Below are positions 23,785 to 32,318 of a stretch of DNA of 55,859 bases, in pieces. The stretch lies in IMG/VR virus record IMGVR_UViG_3300045988_036833, positions 1 through 55,859 of that record; one strand, given 5' to 3'. The notes below the pieces were generated by a model. The model had not been told where the DNA came from, did no database searches, and saw nothing but the letters and a program-made list of their open reading frames with translations. The DNA comes from a virus. Position 1 is the stretch's first letter, and each line of letters starts with the position of its first letter. Made by a program: the position numbers and the translations under genes.

Positions 23785-25230
23785 TTATTGGTATCGGTAG
23801 ACTACTTGTCTCGGTTTCGGCGCTTTCCCGTCCTCGCCCAGCTTTCCAGCGGCAATCAGGAAAGGCTTGCTCATTTCATAAGCAGCCTGCGGGTCAGGGA
23901 ACAGGCCGGGCGTAGTGAACGCCAACTGCGGGTCAATGGGCTGGCCGAGCATCTGCGCAAAAATCTGAACCTTGCTTTGCTGGTTATCGTACTGGCGGCG
24001 TGGCAGTTTGATGTTGATGTCGCTTGCCATCAGCTTAGAACCAGCCGTATCACGCAGGATTTTCAACATCACAGACAGGCTTTGGCGTTCCGAGAACTTG
24101 AACATATTTTCGTACTGCTGCGCCCTCGCTTCTGTGTGATTCCAGCCGTTTCGGACGATAACTGCGCCCACGTTGTCAGACGTTGCGTTCTCGCTGCCAG
24201 TAGCACTAGGCATAGCAGTCAGACTGCGGTACACATTCAACATGGAATCAAGCAGGGTCTGGCTCTGCTGCTGGTCAAGCTCGTTTGCAATCTGTGAGAC
24301 AGAAGCAGGCAGACCAGCGGTAGACTTCAGACACATTGCGCCAAGTTCCTTAACCTTGTTGAGCGCATCCTCGTCCACAAGGCAGTTGGTGAACACCATA
24401 ATGGACTGGATGAACTGCGCCACACCGTCCAGACGGTTGCTTTCTAGGTCGTTGATGGCATCCAGAACAGGGATAGCCGGTTCAAACAGGCCCATGCGCT
24501 CCGGGTTGAGCTTGTACTCGACCATCGGCAGCATTCCAAGAGAATGATTCTCCGATTTTGTAACCTTGCCGTTGTCGATTTCAAAGTACTGGTTTGGCGT
24601 ATACACGCAAATCAGGTCGTTCAGGTCATTCTGATAATTGCGCGGGATATGCAGCACGTTGGCGATGGGCTTGTGTCCGATGCCGGAGTTGTAAATTACA
24701 TACGCCATATCCGGGTCGGGAACATCCACCAACAAGGGCGTTTCGTCCGGGTAATTGCCGCCATACCCCTTGTCGGGGAGGACAATGCGGTATCCCTGTC
24801 CGCACTCCAACATCCACTGCCAGAGCCGCCGATCAAGCGCGTCCTTGCCCTCATACTGCAAGGCGTTGGACAGCCGAGCGATTTCCTCACCGTCACCAGT
24901 TGCCGTTTCAGACCTCACATAAGAGCAGGGAGTGCCGCTCATGTAGCCTGTGTAGAAGCCCACGCACTCGTTGGCGTGGTTTTCCACAATGCGGTTAGTG
25001 ATTTCAGCGTGGTATTCCTTCGTACGGTGGAGGACAGGCTGGCTACCCAAGTAGTAGTTGTGCAGAAAGCGAATCTCGTTCTTATTCAGCAGATGAATAG
25101 GCTCTGCCTTGCCCATGACCACTTTCAGCACGTTTGCTTGATTGATTTCCGTCTCCGGCGTTTCAATCGGTCTACGTCCAGTCAGCGGTTCATTCAAAAA
25201 GCCGTCAACAACTATCTGATACTCAGCCAT
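23785..25230 (-). CDS. Portal protein (SPP1 gp6-like)
   Basis: 481 aa. AAAGGAGGAA RBS. NYYLGSQPVL...ITNRIVENHA... core. Lies downstream of terL. Confidence 0.92.
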   Translation of the reverse strand: MAEYQIVVDGFLNEPLTGRRPIETPETEINQANVLKVVMGKAEPIHLLNKNEIRFLHNYYLGSQPVLHRTKEYHAEITNRIVENHANECVGFYTGYMSGTPCSYVRSETATGDGEEIARLSNALQYEGKDALDRRLWQWMLECGQGYRIVLPDKGYGGNYPDETPLLVDVPDPDMAYVIYNSGIGHKPIANVLHIPRNYQNDLNDLICVYTPNQYFEIDNGKVTKSENHSLGMLPMVEYKLNPERMGLFEPAIPVLDAINDLESNRLDGVAQFIQSIMVFTNCLVDEDALNKVKELGAMCLKSTAGLPASVSQIANELDQQQSQTLLDSMLNVYRSLTAMPSATGSENATSDNVGAVIVRNGWNHTEARAQQYENMFKFSERQSLSVMLKILRDTAGSKLMASDINIKLPRRQYDNQQSKVQIFAQMLGQPIDPQLAFTTPGLFPDPQAAYEMSKPFLIAAGKLGEDGKAPKPRQVVYRYQ

Positions 25231-25246
25231 GCGTTCCTCCTTTCCG

Positions 25247-26161
25247 TTAAAATCTTCCCATCATCTGTTTGTACTGTTCTGCAAACCGTTTTTGCACAAA
25301 CAGCTTTTCAATTTCAGAACCGCCTTTATTGCCAGTTCCCATAGAGGATTGCTTTTTTATGCTTGCAACCTCTACGCACCCATTTGGTGCTTCGTATTCG
25401 CTAACAAACACCATGAACGGAACTTCTGAAAGCCACTTTTCAAATGATTCATGGTCAAAATCGCATTTGTAACCCGTACAATTCGTCCGTTTATAAGGGG
25501 GGTCTGCGTACACAACTGCATTTGACGGAATTTGTACGTCCCTGTAATCTATTTGCAGACCTTCAAGCCTTTGCAGACCTTCAAAATTTTGTAGGCGTTC
25601 AAGGTTCTGCAAGCGTTCAAGGTTCTTTATCCTTTCGAGGTGTCCTAAATCATGGAGCCTTTTATGTTTTGTTTGACATCCAAGCCACTGAGAATAAAGC
25701 CTTTTGTACTCCTCGCTGTTTGTCTTGATGTCCTTTGAGCTACCATCTGAATTGATTCCAAACTCACGCAAAAACGATGTGTCTCCAAATACTCGTGCAT
25801 AGTGCAGAGCTTTTTTCCATGGCTCAATCTCCTTGGAATAGAGATAATCCCTGCGATTGTTGCAAAAGCTCCAACAAAGCGAAACATAAGGGTCAGAATC
25901 CTTCAGCCTATGAAAATCTTCACGGCTAATCCAACGCTTTTCGTTGGCATACTTGCCGTGAACAGCGTCCATGAACAATTGCGACGCATCACCGATGTCA
26001 TTTGCAACGATGTGATTCCATTTGCCTGACAGCAATGCAGCGTGTGTGATTGCACAACCGCCAGCAAATAAGTCAATCAGCGTATCGCCAGCAGGGAGAT
26101 TAGAGATAACCCACTGTGCGATTTTGTTTTTACTGCCACGATACGGCACACCATATCTCAC
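25247..26161 (-). CDS. N6-adenine DNA methyltransferase (Dam/D12-class-like)
   Basis: GTG start at 26161 after AAAGGAGAAGCCTACC. YRGSKNK near the N-terminus, FAGGCA (SAM-binding motif), DPPY catalytic motif. AT-richer than its neighbours. Confidence 0.88.
   Translation of the reverse strand: MRYGVPYRGSKNKIAQWVISNLPAGDTLIDLFAGGCAITHAALLSGKWNHIVANDIGDASQLFMDAVHGKYANEKRWISREDFHRLKDSDPYVSLCWSFCNNRRDYLYSKEIEPWKKALHYARVFGDTSFLREFGINSDGSSKDIKTNSEEYKRLYSQWLGCQTKHKRLHDLGHLERIKNLERLQNLERLQNFEGLQRLEGLQIDYRDVQIPSNAVVYADPPYKRTNCTGYKCDFDHESFEKWLSEVPFMVFVSEYEAPNGCVEVASIKKQSSMGTGNKGGSEIEKLFVQKRFAEQYKQMMGRF
25553..25642. repeat. Five tandem 18-bp repeats inside the methyltransferase gene
   Basis: Units ttgcagaccttcaagcct / ttgcagaccttcaaaatt / ttgtaggcgttcaaggtt / ctgcaagcgttcaaggtt / ctttatcctttcgaggtg. 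They encode LERIKN-LERLQN-LERLQN-FEGLQR-LEGLQ. Confidence 0.85.
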
Positions 26162-26182
26162 GGTAGGCTTCTCCTTTCTTGC

Positions 26183-26233
26183 AAAATAAAAAGCGCAGCA
26201 AGACAAACCTGTTAAGGTTTATCTCACTGCGCT
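26183..26233 (-). terminator. Intrinsic terminator upstream of the methyltransferase gene
   Basis: On the - strand: long imperfect hairpin AGCGCAG...CTGCGCT followed by TTTTTATTTT. Confidence 0.55.
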
Positions 26234-26256
26234 TACAACTGCGCTTCAAAAGCTAT

Positions 26257-26445
26257 TCAGTTTTTAAACTTTGGCACGGAGACCCATGTATCTTTTGGAA
26301 GGTTAGAATCTCCAATTGTAATCCAATGGCAAAGAGGACACAGAAGGGAGAACTTGCCTTCCACTTCGCCAAGATAACGTCCGCAATCACACGGATTGCC
26401 GTTTGCGTCTTTTCGAGGACGCTTGCATCTGACTTTTGCTACCAT
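26257..26445 (-). CDS. Small Zn-ribbon protein (62 aa)
   Basis: AAAGGAGCACAG RBS. CDC...CPLC motifs. Confidence 0.6.
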   Translation of the reverse strand: MVAKVRCKRPRKDANGNPCDCGRYLGEVEGKFSLLCPLCHWITIGDSNLPKDTWVSVPKFKN

Positions 26446-26613
26446 CTGTGCTCCTTTCGTTGGATTTCTGGAAACAGGCTGTTGAGCACAGACCTGTCAG
26501 AAGCTACTGGGAAACTGTTCGCACTTCCAGCCGTGCTATTCTTCGCCCGAAGAAAACCATTGCAGCCTTTACATTCAGTTGTTGGACAGACGTAAACGGG
26601 TAAGCTGCAATTT

Positions 26614-26691
26614 TGGTGCTGCATAATGGATTTGAACCAATGTATGTCCGGTTATGAGCCGGATGCTCTAGCCTAACTGAGCTAATGCAAC
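26614..26691 (-). tRNA. tRNA with CAT anticodon (Met, or Ile2 if lysidine-modified), CCA encoded
   Basis: Hand-folded cloverleaf GTTGCAT-TA-GCTC-AGTTAGGCTA-GAGC-A-TCCGG-CTCATAA-CCGGA-CATAC-ATTGG-TTCAAAT-CCATT-ATGCAGC-ACCA. U33 and A37 present. One T.T mismatch in the T stem. Confidence 0.85.
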
Positions 26692-26819
26692 ATAGAAACC
26701 CGGCTTGATTGGTTAACCACTGCTCTTTGCAATGTCATGCCTAACCATTGCATCGAGAGCCGGGAATAGCGGTGGAGGTTTTGGAGAATAAAGCCATGCA
26801 AAGCTAGGTGGTTGGTTGT

Positions 26820-26900
26820 GCTGCGTAACGGAATCGAACCGTTGCTTGCCAGCCATGGGGGAGACAGGCTGGCATTCCCCTAACAATTGGAAACGCAACA
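26820..26900 (-). ncRNA. tRNA-like element, paralogous acceptor/T-arm, aberrant D-arm and expanded anticodon arm
   Basis: Acceptor GTTGCGT / ACGCAGC-A and T-arm AACGG-TTCGATT-CCGTT are canonical. The anticodon arm is 26 nt (7-9 bp stem GCCAGCC / GGCTGGC), and no CCA follows directly. Confidence 0.4.
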
Positions 26901-27045
26901 TATAAAGCCCGGTGAAGGTGAAAGAGTGAGAAAACCTCCACCGGTGAAAGGAGGAATATGCTTGTTGACACGCACGCGAGTAAAATGACAAAACCCCGCG
27001 TGCAAGCTATTCCTTTAAGGGAAGCTGCAAAACTTCCTGCGTACA

Positions 27046-27075
27046 TTATAAGACTTGTCAAGTGGTGAAATCAAA
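27046..27075 (-). promoter_or_regulatory. Candidate promoter for the tRNA region
   Basis: On the - strand: TTGATT, 18 nt, TATAAT, just downstream of the terL stop. Confidence 0.4.
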
Positions 27076-27113
27076 TAAATAGACCCAGCGAACACAATAT
27101 ATTGTGTTTTTAA

Positions 27114-28781
27114 TCAAAATGGCCTCTTGACAGGCTCAATTTTACTGATTCCGTTATACAATTCATCGGCAAGCTGTGCCAAACTGTCCGGTGCATCATC
27201 GTGCGGAACTTTGCCAAGCTGCGTGAACATCGTCACCTGTTCCATGAATGCCTTGTACTCTTTCGACTGGTGCTTTTCATCAAGGAAGTAGAACCGTTTG
27301 ATATCCGGCGCATACTGGATGATTCTTGACAGCTTGCTTTGACCACTGGGCGCACGTTGGCTGCGGACAGAGCAGTGATAACCCTGCTGCCGAAGCTGGC
27401 TGTCTACCACGTCACAGTATTCATCACCGCCGTTGTTGGCTTCGCCACGCACCACGTTGATTTTGTGCTGAATGATTTTGCCCACGACTTCCGGTCTTGT
27501 CACGGTCTTATCGCCATTATTGAACACAAGGTCTGGGATGAACACAGCATCGCCGTACACATAGGCGATAGGACAGGCTGTGAAGTCGCCGCCGCCCCAT
27601 GCAATATCCATGACCATGAGCTTGCGATCAGGCTCGCCGTCAGGCAAAACGCCATTGAAATACCGCAGTTCATCGGCAGGAAAAAGCAGACCTTCACGCA
27701 CATAGGGCTTGCCCATGTACTTTGCCCACCATGTTGCATCGTCAATACTGGCTTTCATGTCAGCATAGTAGGCATCGTCAAACCCAACGCCATAGTCATA
27801 ATTGAAGTTGCTGTGTCCGTTCTCGTCCACCGCAGGAATCACCCGGAATCTGTACTTCGGGTTGTCTGCATACTGGTTCTGGATGCGCCCCAGAGGGTCA
27901 AGAACGTTCCAGCGTGTACCGACCATCAGCTCTAATGCGCCTTGCTTTTTACGGTCTTTCAGCTGGTTCAAATAGGCATCGTACTTGTTGTTCAAACGCT
28001 CAACGTTCAGGCTTTCCTCCAAATCCTCGATCAAGTCATCGCTGTACAGAACGCCGCCCTCGCCAATTTCAACAGCACCAGTCAGCGTACCGCCGATGGA
28101 ACGACAAGTCAGGGTAGGGAAACGCTTCTTTCGGTTCAGGTCAACGCTTTCGTCCTTTGCGCTTTTGTCCACAAGCTGAACGTCAGGGAAGATTTTGCCC
28201 CAGTTGTAAGTCACAGAGTCAGTGATGATGGACAGCACTTCGCCGTAGAAGCCGTTGGTCAGCTTGTCGGAGTGTCCGCTCATAACCGATGCAACGTCAG
28301 GGCGGTTGCCCATCAGCCATGTGATAAAAAATATACAGAGCGTACTCTTTCCAGTACGCGGGGGCTGACTGACCCCAAGAAATTCTACACGATGGAAAAA
28401 CAAGTCCTCTAGGTCACGAACCAACGTCAAAAGCACCTTTCTTCGTGGCTGATAGAACTTCTTCTCCGGCGCACGGTTCCATTCGAGGTAGATGCAATAA
28501 CTATCGAACACATCCTTTGCTTCAAACAGGTACGTCCGACCGATAATGTCATATACCTTCGCCACGTCCTCGCCTGTTTTCATCTTGCCCATCATGGCTG
28601 CACAGACAGAGCGCAGCTCACCAGAGTATTTGTAGGCATCGAACCGCTTGTCTTGCGGCATGGCGTCTCTCAGGTTCACCACCGCCTGAAACCAGTCCTC
28701 GTAGACCTGCGCTTCGGTCGGATTCCGCTTTGCATACGCTTTGATGCTGTCAATGATGGCAATGCACTGTTTTGGCTGCAT
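27114..28781 (-). CDS. terL: Terminase large subunit
   Basis: Walker A PPRTGKST, Walker B-like VLYSDDLIED, and a C-terminal nuclease part with WGGGD and HDDAPDSLA. ATG at 28781 is preferred over the tracked TTG at 28835. Confidence 0.92.
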   Translation of the reverse strand: MQPKQCIAIIDSIKAYAKRNPTEAQVYEDWFQAVVNLRDAMPQDKRFDAYKYSGELRSVCAAMMGKMKTGEDVAKVYDIIGRTYLFEAKDVFDSYCIYLEWNRAPEKKFYQPRRKVLLTLVRDLEDLFFHRVEFLGVSQPPRTGKSTLCIFFITWLMGNRPDVASVMSGHSDKLTNGFYGEVLSIITDSVTYNWGKIFPDVQLVDKSAKDESVDLNRKKRFPTLTCRSIGGTLTGAVEIGEGGVLYSDDLIEDLEESLNVERLNNKYDAYLNQLKDRKKQGALELMVGTRWNVLDPLGRIQNQYADNPKYRFRVIPAVDENGHSNFNYDYGVGFDDAYYADMKASIDDATWWAKYMGKPYVREGLLFPADELRYFNGVLPDGEPDRKLMVMDIAWGGGDFTACPIAYVYGDAVFIPDLVFNNGDKTVTRPEVVGKIIQHKINVVRGEANNGGDEYCDVVDSQLRQQGYHCSVRSQRAPSGQSKLSRIIQYAPDIKRFYFLDEKHQSKEYKAFMEQVTMFTQLGKVPHDDAPDSLAQLADELYNGISKIEPVKRPF

Positions 28782-28914
28782 AAAAAAATAGGCACCCCCT
28801 ACCTCAAAATGTAAAGAGTGCCTACAACTGCACAAAAATCAAATATTCGGTTTTATAATGCTGTTTTCGGAAAATTATTTGCTAAAACTCGTTTTAACGG
28901 ATGGAAGGTGCGAT

Positions 28915-29076
28915 TTATTTGACCTCTTCCGCAAGCTGGTTTAGCCTGCGCTTCAACTCGTTTGCATCATAGTACAAGGCGTCTGCGACAGCGTTAAGAA
29001 TATCAGGCTTGTTGGTGTAATCGCACAGCGTTTCAATGAGTTTCAAACTCTGATCTGACAATTTTGCGGTTTTCAT
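28915..29076 (-). CDS. Small helical protein (53 aa) immediately upstream of terL
   Basis: Not in the track. AAAGGGGAAATAGC RBS. MKTAKLSDQSLKLIETLCDY...LAEEVK. Confidence 0.45.
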   Translation of the reverse strand: MKTAKLSDQSLKLIETLCDYTNKPDILNAVADALYYDANELKRRLNQLAEEVK

Positions 29077-29164
29077 GCTATTTCCCCTTTCTAATTTGGT
29101 TTTATTCTAGGTTGCGAACAATGTCACCTGTTCTGTTCAGCAATCCGATACCATGTCTGGCGGG

Positions 29165-29353
29165 TCAGATAAATCCGTGTTCCTTTGAGTAAGATTCAAG
29201 ATGAGGAAAACAATGAACAATTTCACTATCTTTAACGCAATCTTCAACAGCTTTATCAATTCCAACTTCAAGAACATACTCAAGAATTACAGCAGTTGCG
29301 TTCTTCATAAACGCATTGCAAGCAGTTGAATCTTCAACTTTCTTTTCAATCAT
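29165..29353 (-). CDS. Hypothetical protein (62 aa)
   Basis: ATG at 29353 with GGAGAA upstream (the tracked ORF starts earlier). AT-rich island. Confidence 0.45.
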   Translation of the reverse strand: MIEKKVEDSTACNAFMKNATAVILEYVLEVGIDKAVEDCVKDSEIVHCFPHLESYSKEHGFI

Positions 29354-29373
29354 AAAAATATTCTCCATATTTT

Positions 29374-30120
29374 TTATAAAATAGGTTCTTGCTTTCCTTT
29401 CACCCATTCATCACTTTTACCGTAACGGTAATAGCCCTCATAGGTCTTTCTGTTTCCAAGAATGGATTGAATTGTGCTAGATGTAAACGGCTTTCCATTT
29501 CTGCCGCAGTAACCTTCTTCATTCAATTTGTCCGCTACGCCACGAATTGTATTGCCAGCATCACGCAATTCAAAAGCACGACGAACAATTATCGCTTCAT
29601 CTTCTTTGATTGAAAGTTCACCATCCTTAACCTCGTACCCCATAGGAGCCTTGCCGCCGCTATAGCCGCCGCTTGCAGCCTTAATGGCTCTGCCACTAGA
29701 AGTCCTTTTCGTGATGTTCTCACGCTCCATTTGAGCGCAGCAAAGGGTAAACGCTTCAAGCATTGTAGAAAAAACTCCCATTTTCCCAAAATCTTCCGCA
29801 ACGCTAATGAGAGAAATCTCTTTTTTGAGCAGAAGCATTTTGTAATAATAATAAACGTTGATGTCTCTTGCAACTCGATCACTTTTTGCAACAACAACCG
29901 CTTCATATGGAGGATTAGAAACATCGCCATACACAATACTGTCAAATCCCGGCCTTTCCTTTGCGCCAGATTCGCCAGCATCAGTAAACCACTTGATGAT
30001 ATTCATATCATTCTTGCGGCAGTATTCTTCGATTTGCTCTTTCTGGGCTTCCATTCCGAATTTATCTTCGCCACATTGCCCATCCGTGGAAACTCTGACA
30101 TACGCAGCCACATTCTTCAT
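29374..30120 (-). CDS. Serine recombinase, short form (resolvase catalytic domain + partial recombinase domain, no Zn-ribbon/coiled-coil)
   Basis: AAYVRVSTDGQ catalytic-serine motif and VVVAKSDRVARD. C-terminal GKAPMGYEV...EDEAIIVRRAFEL...IADKLNEEG-type recombinase domain. Only 248 aa. Confidence 0.9.
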   Translation of the reverse strand: MKNVAAYVRVSTDGQCGEDKFGMEAQKEQIEEYCRKNDMNIIKWFTDAGESGAKERPGFDSIVYGDVSNPPYEAVVVAKSDRVARDINVYYYYKMLLLKKEISLISVAEDFGKMGVFSTMLEAFTLCCAQMERENITKRTSSGRAIKAASGGYSGGKAPMGYEVKDGELSIKEDEAIIVRRAFELRDAGNTIRGVADKLNEEGYCGRNGKPFTSSTIQSILGNRKTYEGYYRYGKSDEWVKGKQEPIL

Positions 30121-30146
30121 TTTTACCAGCTCTCTTTCTTGACCCT

Positions 30147-30175
30147 ATTATACACTATGTACGTTTAATCGTCAA
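30147..30175 (-). promoter_or_regulatory. Promoter of the recombinase gene with a 15-mer candidate operator in the spacer
   Basis: On the - strand: TTGACG, 17 nt, TATAAT. The spacer contains the complement of TGTACGTTTAATCGT (30158-30172). Confidence 0.6.
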
Positions 30176-30419
30176 GAGAAAGTTTGCGTATTTTTAGCTT
30201 TTTACTATCAATAGGGTGGTCAAAGGGCTGTAAACTTTTTCGTTGCTTTACAAACTGTATACTTGAATAGTAGCCTTACGAATTATCGAAAAATAATTTT
30301 CAAGTTACTATAACTATGGTAAACTAATCCGTTTACGAAAGTACTATCAAATAACGTAAATTTACGTTAGAATGAGTAAAAATCAGAAATATCTGATGCA
30401 AATTATACAAATTGGGCTG

Positions 30420-30448
30420 TTGACAACTATATACCAAGCGTCTATAAT
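30420..30448 (+). promoter_or_regulatory. Perfect consensus sigma-70/sigA-type promoter
   Basis: TTGACA (30420-30425), a 17-nt spacer, then TATAAT (30443-30448). Confidence 0.7.
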
Positions 30449-30661
30449 CTAAGACAGCAGAACACACGATGAATCAGCCAACAACGGTAGATTTATCCTT
30501 TGTGGCATAAAAAAATAGGCCATCAGCACCACCGACCAAAGTTGCACTGATGACCTATTCCACCACAAAACAGAAGCTGCGCAACCAAGGGCGCAGTCTC
30601 GGTTTCTGTCAATTATTATAGCAGAAGCAGACCGCTTCTGCAATAGAAAGGAGCAAAAAAC

Positions 30662-30820
30662 ATGAATTTTCCCACGACAACCGAAGAATTTCTGAAAACT
30701 CTCGCCCACGGCAAAGAGCCGACCAGCGAGGACAGGGAGTACGCAGAAGCGCTGGGTAAGCTGTCCGAACTGAACTACCGGGCAGGGTACGAAGCCGGAG
30801 CGGCCAAAAATAATGGCTAA
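30662..30820 (+). CDS. Small hypothetical protein (52 aa)
   Basis: Not in the track. AAAGGAGCAAAAAAC RBS. MNFPTTTEEFLKTLAHGKEP... Confidence 0.5.
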   Translation: MNFPTTTEEFLKTLAHGKEPTSEDREYAEALGKLSELNYRAGYEAGAAKNNG

Positions 30821-30956
30821 GTTTTGTGCAAAACGTAGAAAGTAGTTTGTCAAGATGAACGAACACTAAATGTTGTGTTTCGTTGGTCTATTTCCGCTTG
30901 ACTTTACCACATTTTGCGATTACACTTAATGCACTTCAAAGAAAGGAGATAAAAAT

Positions 30957-31130
30957 ATGGCAAGAAGTCCCTACATCGAAGCATACCGTCATCAGGTAGC
31001 CGTTGGCTTCACTGATCGTCAGTACGAGCTTCTGGTGGAGCACTGCAAGAAGTGCCGCGTGTCACTGTCACAGGCCGTCCGCGATGCCTACCTTGAGAAG
31101 TATCCCATGCCCGATGAAAACGAAAAATGA
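30957..31130 (+). CDS. Small RHH/Arc-like DNA-binding protein (57 aa)
   Basis: Not in the track. AAAGGAGATAAAAAT RBS. VAVGFTDRQYELLVEHCKKCRVSLSQAVRDAYLEKY has a strand-helix-helix layout. Confidence 0.55.
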   Translation: MARSPYIEAYRHQVAVGFTDRQYELLVEHCKKCRVSLSQAVRDAYLEKYPMPDENEK

Positions 31131-31249
31131 TACGTCCGCTGAAGTTTGGCGACAGAAGCGAACGTATCATGTAAACCCTGAGAGAAGCATTCTCTCGCCG
31201 TTATTATAGCAGAAAATTGCTTCTCTCACAAGTGAAAAGGAGCTTTTTA

Positions 31250-32044
31250 ATGCAACTTTCTTTGTCTGAGAACATCAAAATCTTCAACAACGCCGAGTTT
31301 GGCGAAATCCGTGTCATGCTCATTGACGATGACCCTTGGTTTGTTGGCAAGGACATTGCCGCAGCACTTGGGTACGTCAACACGAAAGACGCTCTTGCAA
31401 AGCACGTTGACGAGCAAGATAAGCGTCAGGGAGATGGGGTAGCGTTTTGCGACCCCATGGGCAGAGAACAGCATCCGACCATCATCAACGAATCAGGTTT
31501 GTACAGTCTTATTTTCAGCAGCAAGCTGGAAAGCGCACAGCGGTTCAAGCATTGGGTCACTCACGAAGTTCTGCCCTCCATCCGCAAGCATGGAATGTAC
31601 ATGACCGATAACCTGTTGGAGACGGCTATTGCCAACCCGGACTTCGTGATCGGTCTGATTCAGAACATGAAGGCCGAAAAGGAAAAGAGTGCAGCATTAC
31701 AGATGCAGAACCAGCAGCTCTGTGAGAAGAACGAGGAGATGCAGCCTAAGGCAGACTACTTTGACGACCTTGTGGCATGGAACGTGTCTACAAACTTCCG
31801 CTCTACCGCAAAGGAACTGCGTATTCCTGAACGCCTGTTCATTAAGATGCTTATTTCTGACGGATACATCTACCGTGACAAGAACAAGGGCATCCTGCCG
31901 AAAGCGGGCAAGGGTGACGGTCTGTTTGCGGTCAAGGAGTACTGCAACCAGAAGAACAAGCACGGTGGCGTACAGACCAGAGTAACGCCGAAAGGCCGTG
32001 AGACGTTCCGTCTGCTTTATGCAAGCATCCGTAGAAGCGTATAA
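31250..32044 (+). CDS. Phage antirepressor (Bro-N domain + KilA-C/ANT domain)
   Basis: ATG at 31250 after AAAAGGAGC. IKIFNNAEFGEIRVMLIDDDPWFVGKDIAAALGY... is Bro-N-like. C-terminal ...NFRSTAKELRIPERLFIKMLISDGYIYR is KilAC-like. Confidence 0.85.
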   Translation: MQLSLSENIKIFNNAEFGEIRVMLIDDDPWFVGKDIAAALGYVNTKDALAKHVDEQDKRQGDGVAFCDPMGREQHPTIINESGLYSLIFSSKLESAQRFKHWVTHEVLPSIRKHGMYMTDNLLETAIANPDFVIGLIQNMKAEKEKSAALQMQNQQLCEKNEEMQPKADYFDDLVAWNVSTNFRSTAKELRIPERLFIKMLISDGYIYRDKNKGILPKAGKGDGLFAVKEYCNQKNKHGGVQTRVTPKGRETFRLLYASIRRSV

Positions 32045-32056
32045 CAGCCAATAAGA

Positions 32057-32096
32057 AAAGCCAGTGGTTAGAGAACATCTAGCCGCTGGCTTTTTT
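32057..32096. terminator. Bidirectional intrinsic terminator
   Basis: aaaaGCCAGTGG...CCGCTGGCtttttt between convergent genes. Confidence 0.75.
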
Positions 32097-32104
32097 CGTT
32101 TAGA

Positions 32105-32308
32105 TCAACCCGCTGCGAACGAAGCGGAAAGCATAAATTCAAGGTAAGCAAAGATAATAAGCATGACAACTATAAGCACAACTTTGCCAGCACTTACATA
32201 TTTTCTGTTTTTGCCACCACATTCAGGACAGGTCTTGGCTGTTTTAGAAATCATGTGACCGCAGTGTTCGCAAGGAATCAAATCGCTCTTAGGCGTTTTG
32301 TTTTCCAT
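32105..32308 (-). CDS. Zn-ribbon + single-TM membrane protein (67 aa)
   Basis: ATG at 32308 after AAGGAGAACATA. CEHCGH...CPECGG, then VVLIVVMLIIFAYLEFML. Confidence 0.6.
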   Translation of the reverse strand: MENKTPKSDLIPCEHCGHMISKTAKTCPECGGKNRKYVSAGKVVLIVVMLIIFAYLEFMLSASFAAG

Positions 32309-32318
32309 TATGTTCTCC

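Noticed and set aside
5439-24297. Many long + strand ORFs across the late region, for example 6043..7158, 9397..10278, 13357..14103, 14720..15655, 19429..20328, 21704..22726 and 23023..24297.
   Set aside because: They lie antisense to well-supported - strand virion and lysis genes. They lack RBSs and have R/L/S/V-rich shadow-frame composition. I treat them as antisense artefacts.
26439-26624. 61-aa ORF on the - strand upstream of the Zn-ribbon gene.
   Set aside because: Its start lies inside the 3' end of the tRNA(CAT) and it runs through the post-tRNA terminator hairpin. It has no RBS.
26713-27061. ORFs 26713..26991 and 26804..27061 on the - strand.
   Set aside because: They run across the tRNA-like element and its 13-bp inverted repeat. 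They have no RBS and odd composition. The region is better explained as RNA-coding or regulatory.
29374-30120. Serine recombinase as the phage integrase.
   Set aside because: At 248 aa it lacks the Zn-ribbon and coiled-coil domains of large serine integrases, and the element has its own Rep/Par system. A resolvase or invertase-type role is more likely, though integration cannot be excluded without attP data.
30449-30866. - strand ORFs 30449..30853 and 30609..30866.
   Set aside because: They are antisense to a leader and small ORF driven by a perfect consensus + strand promoter. They have no RBS.
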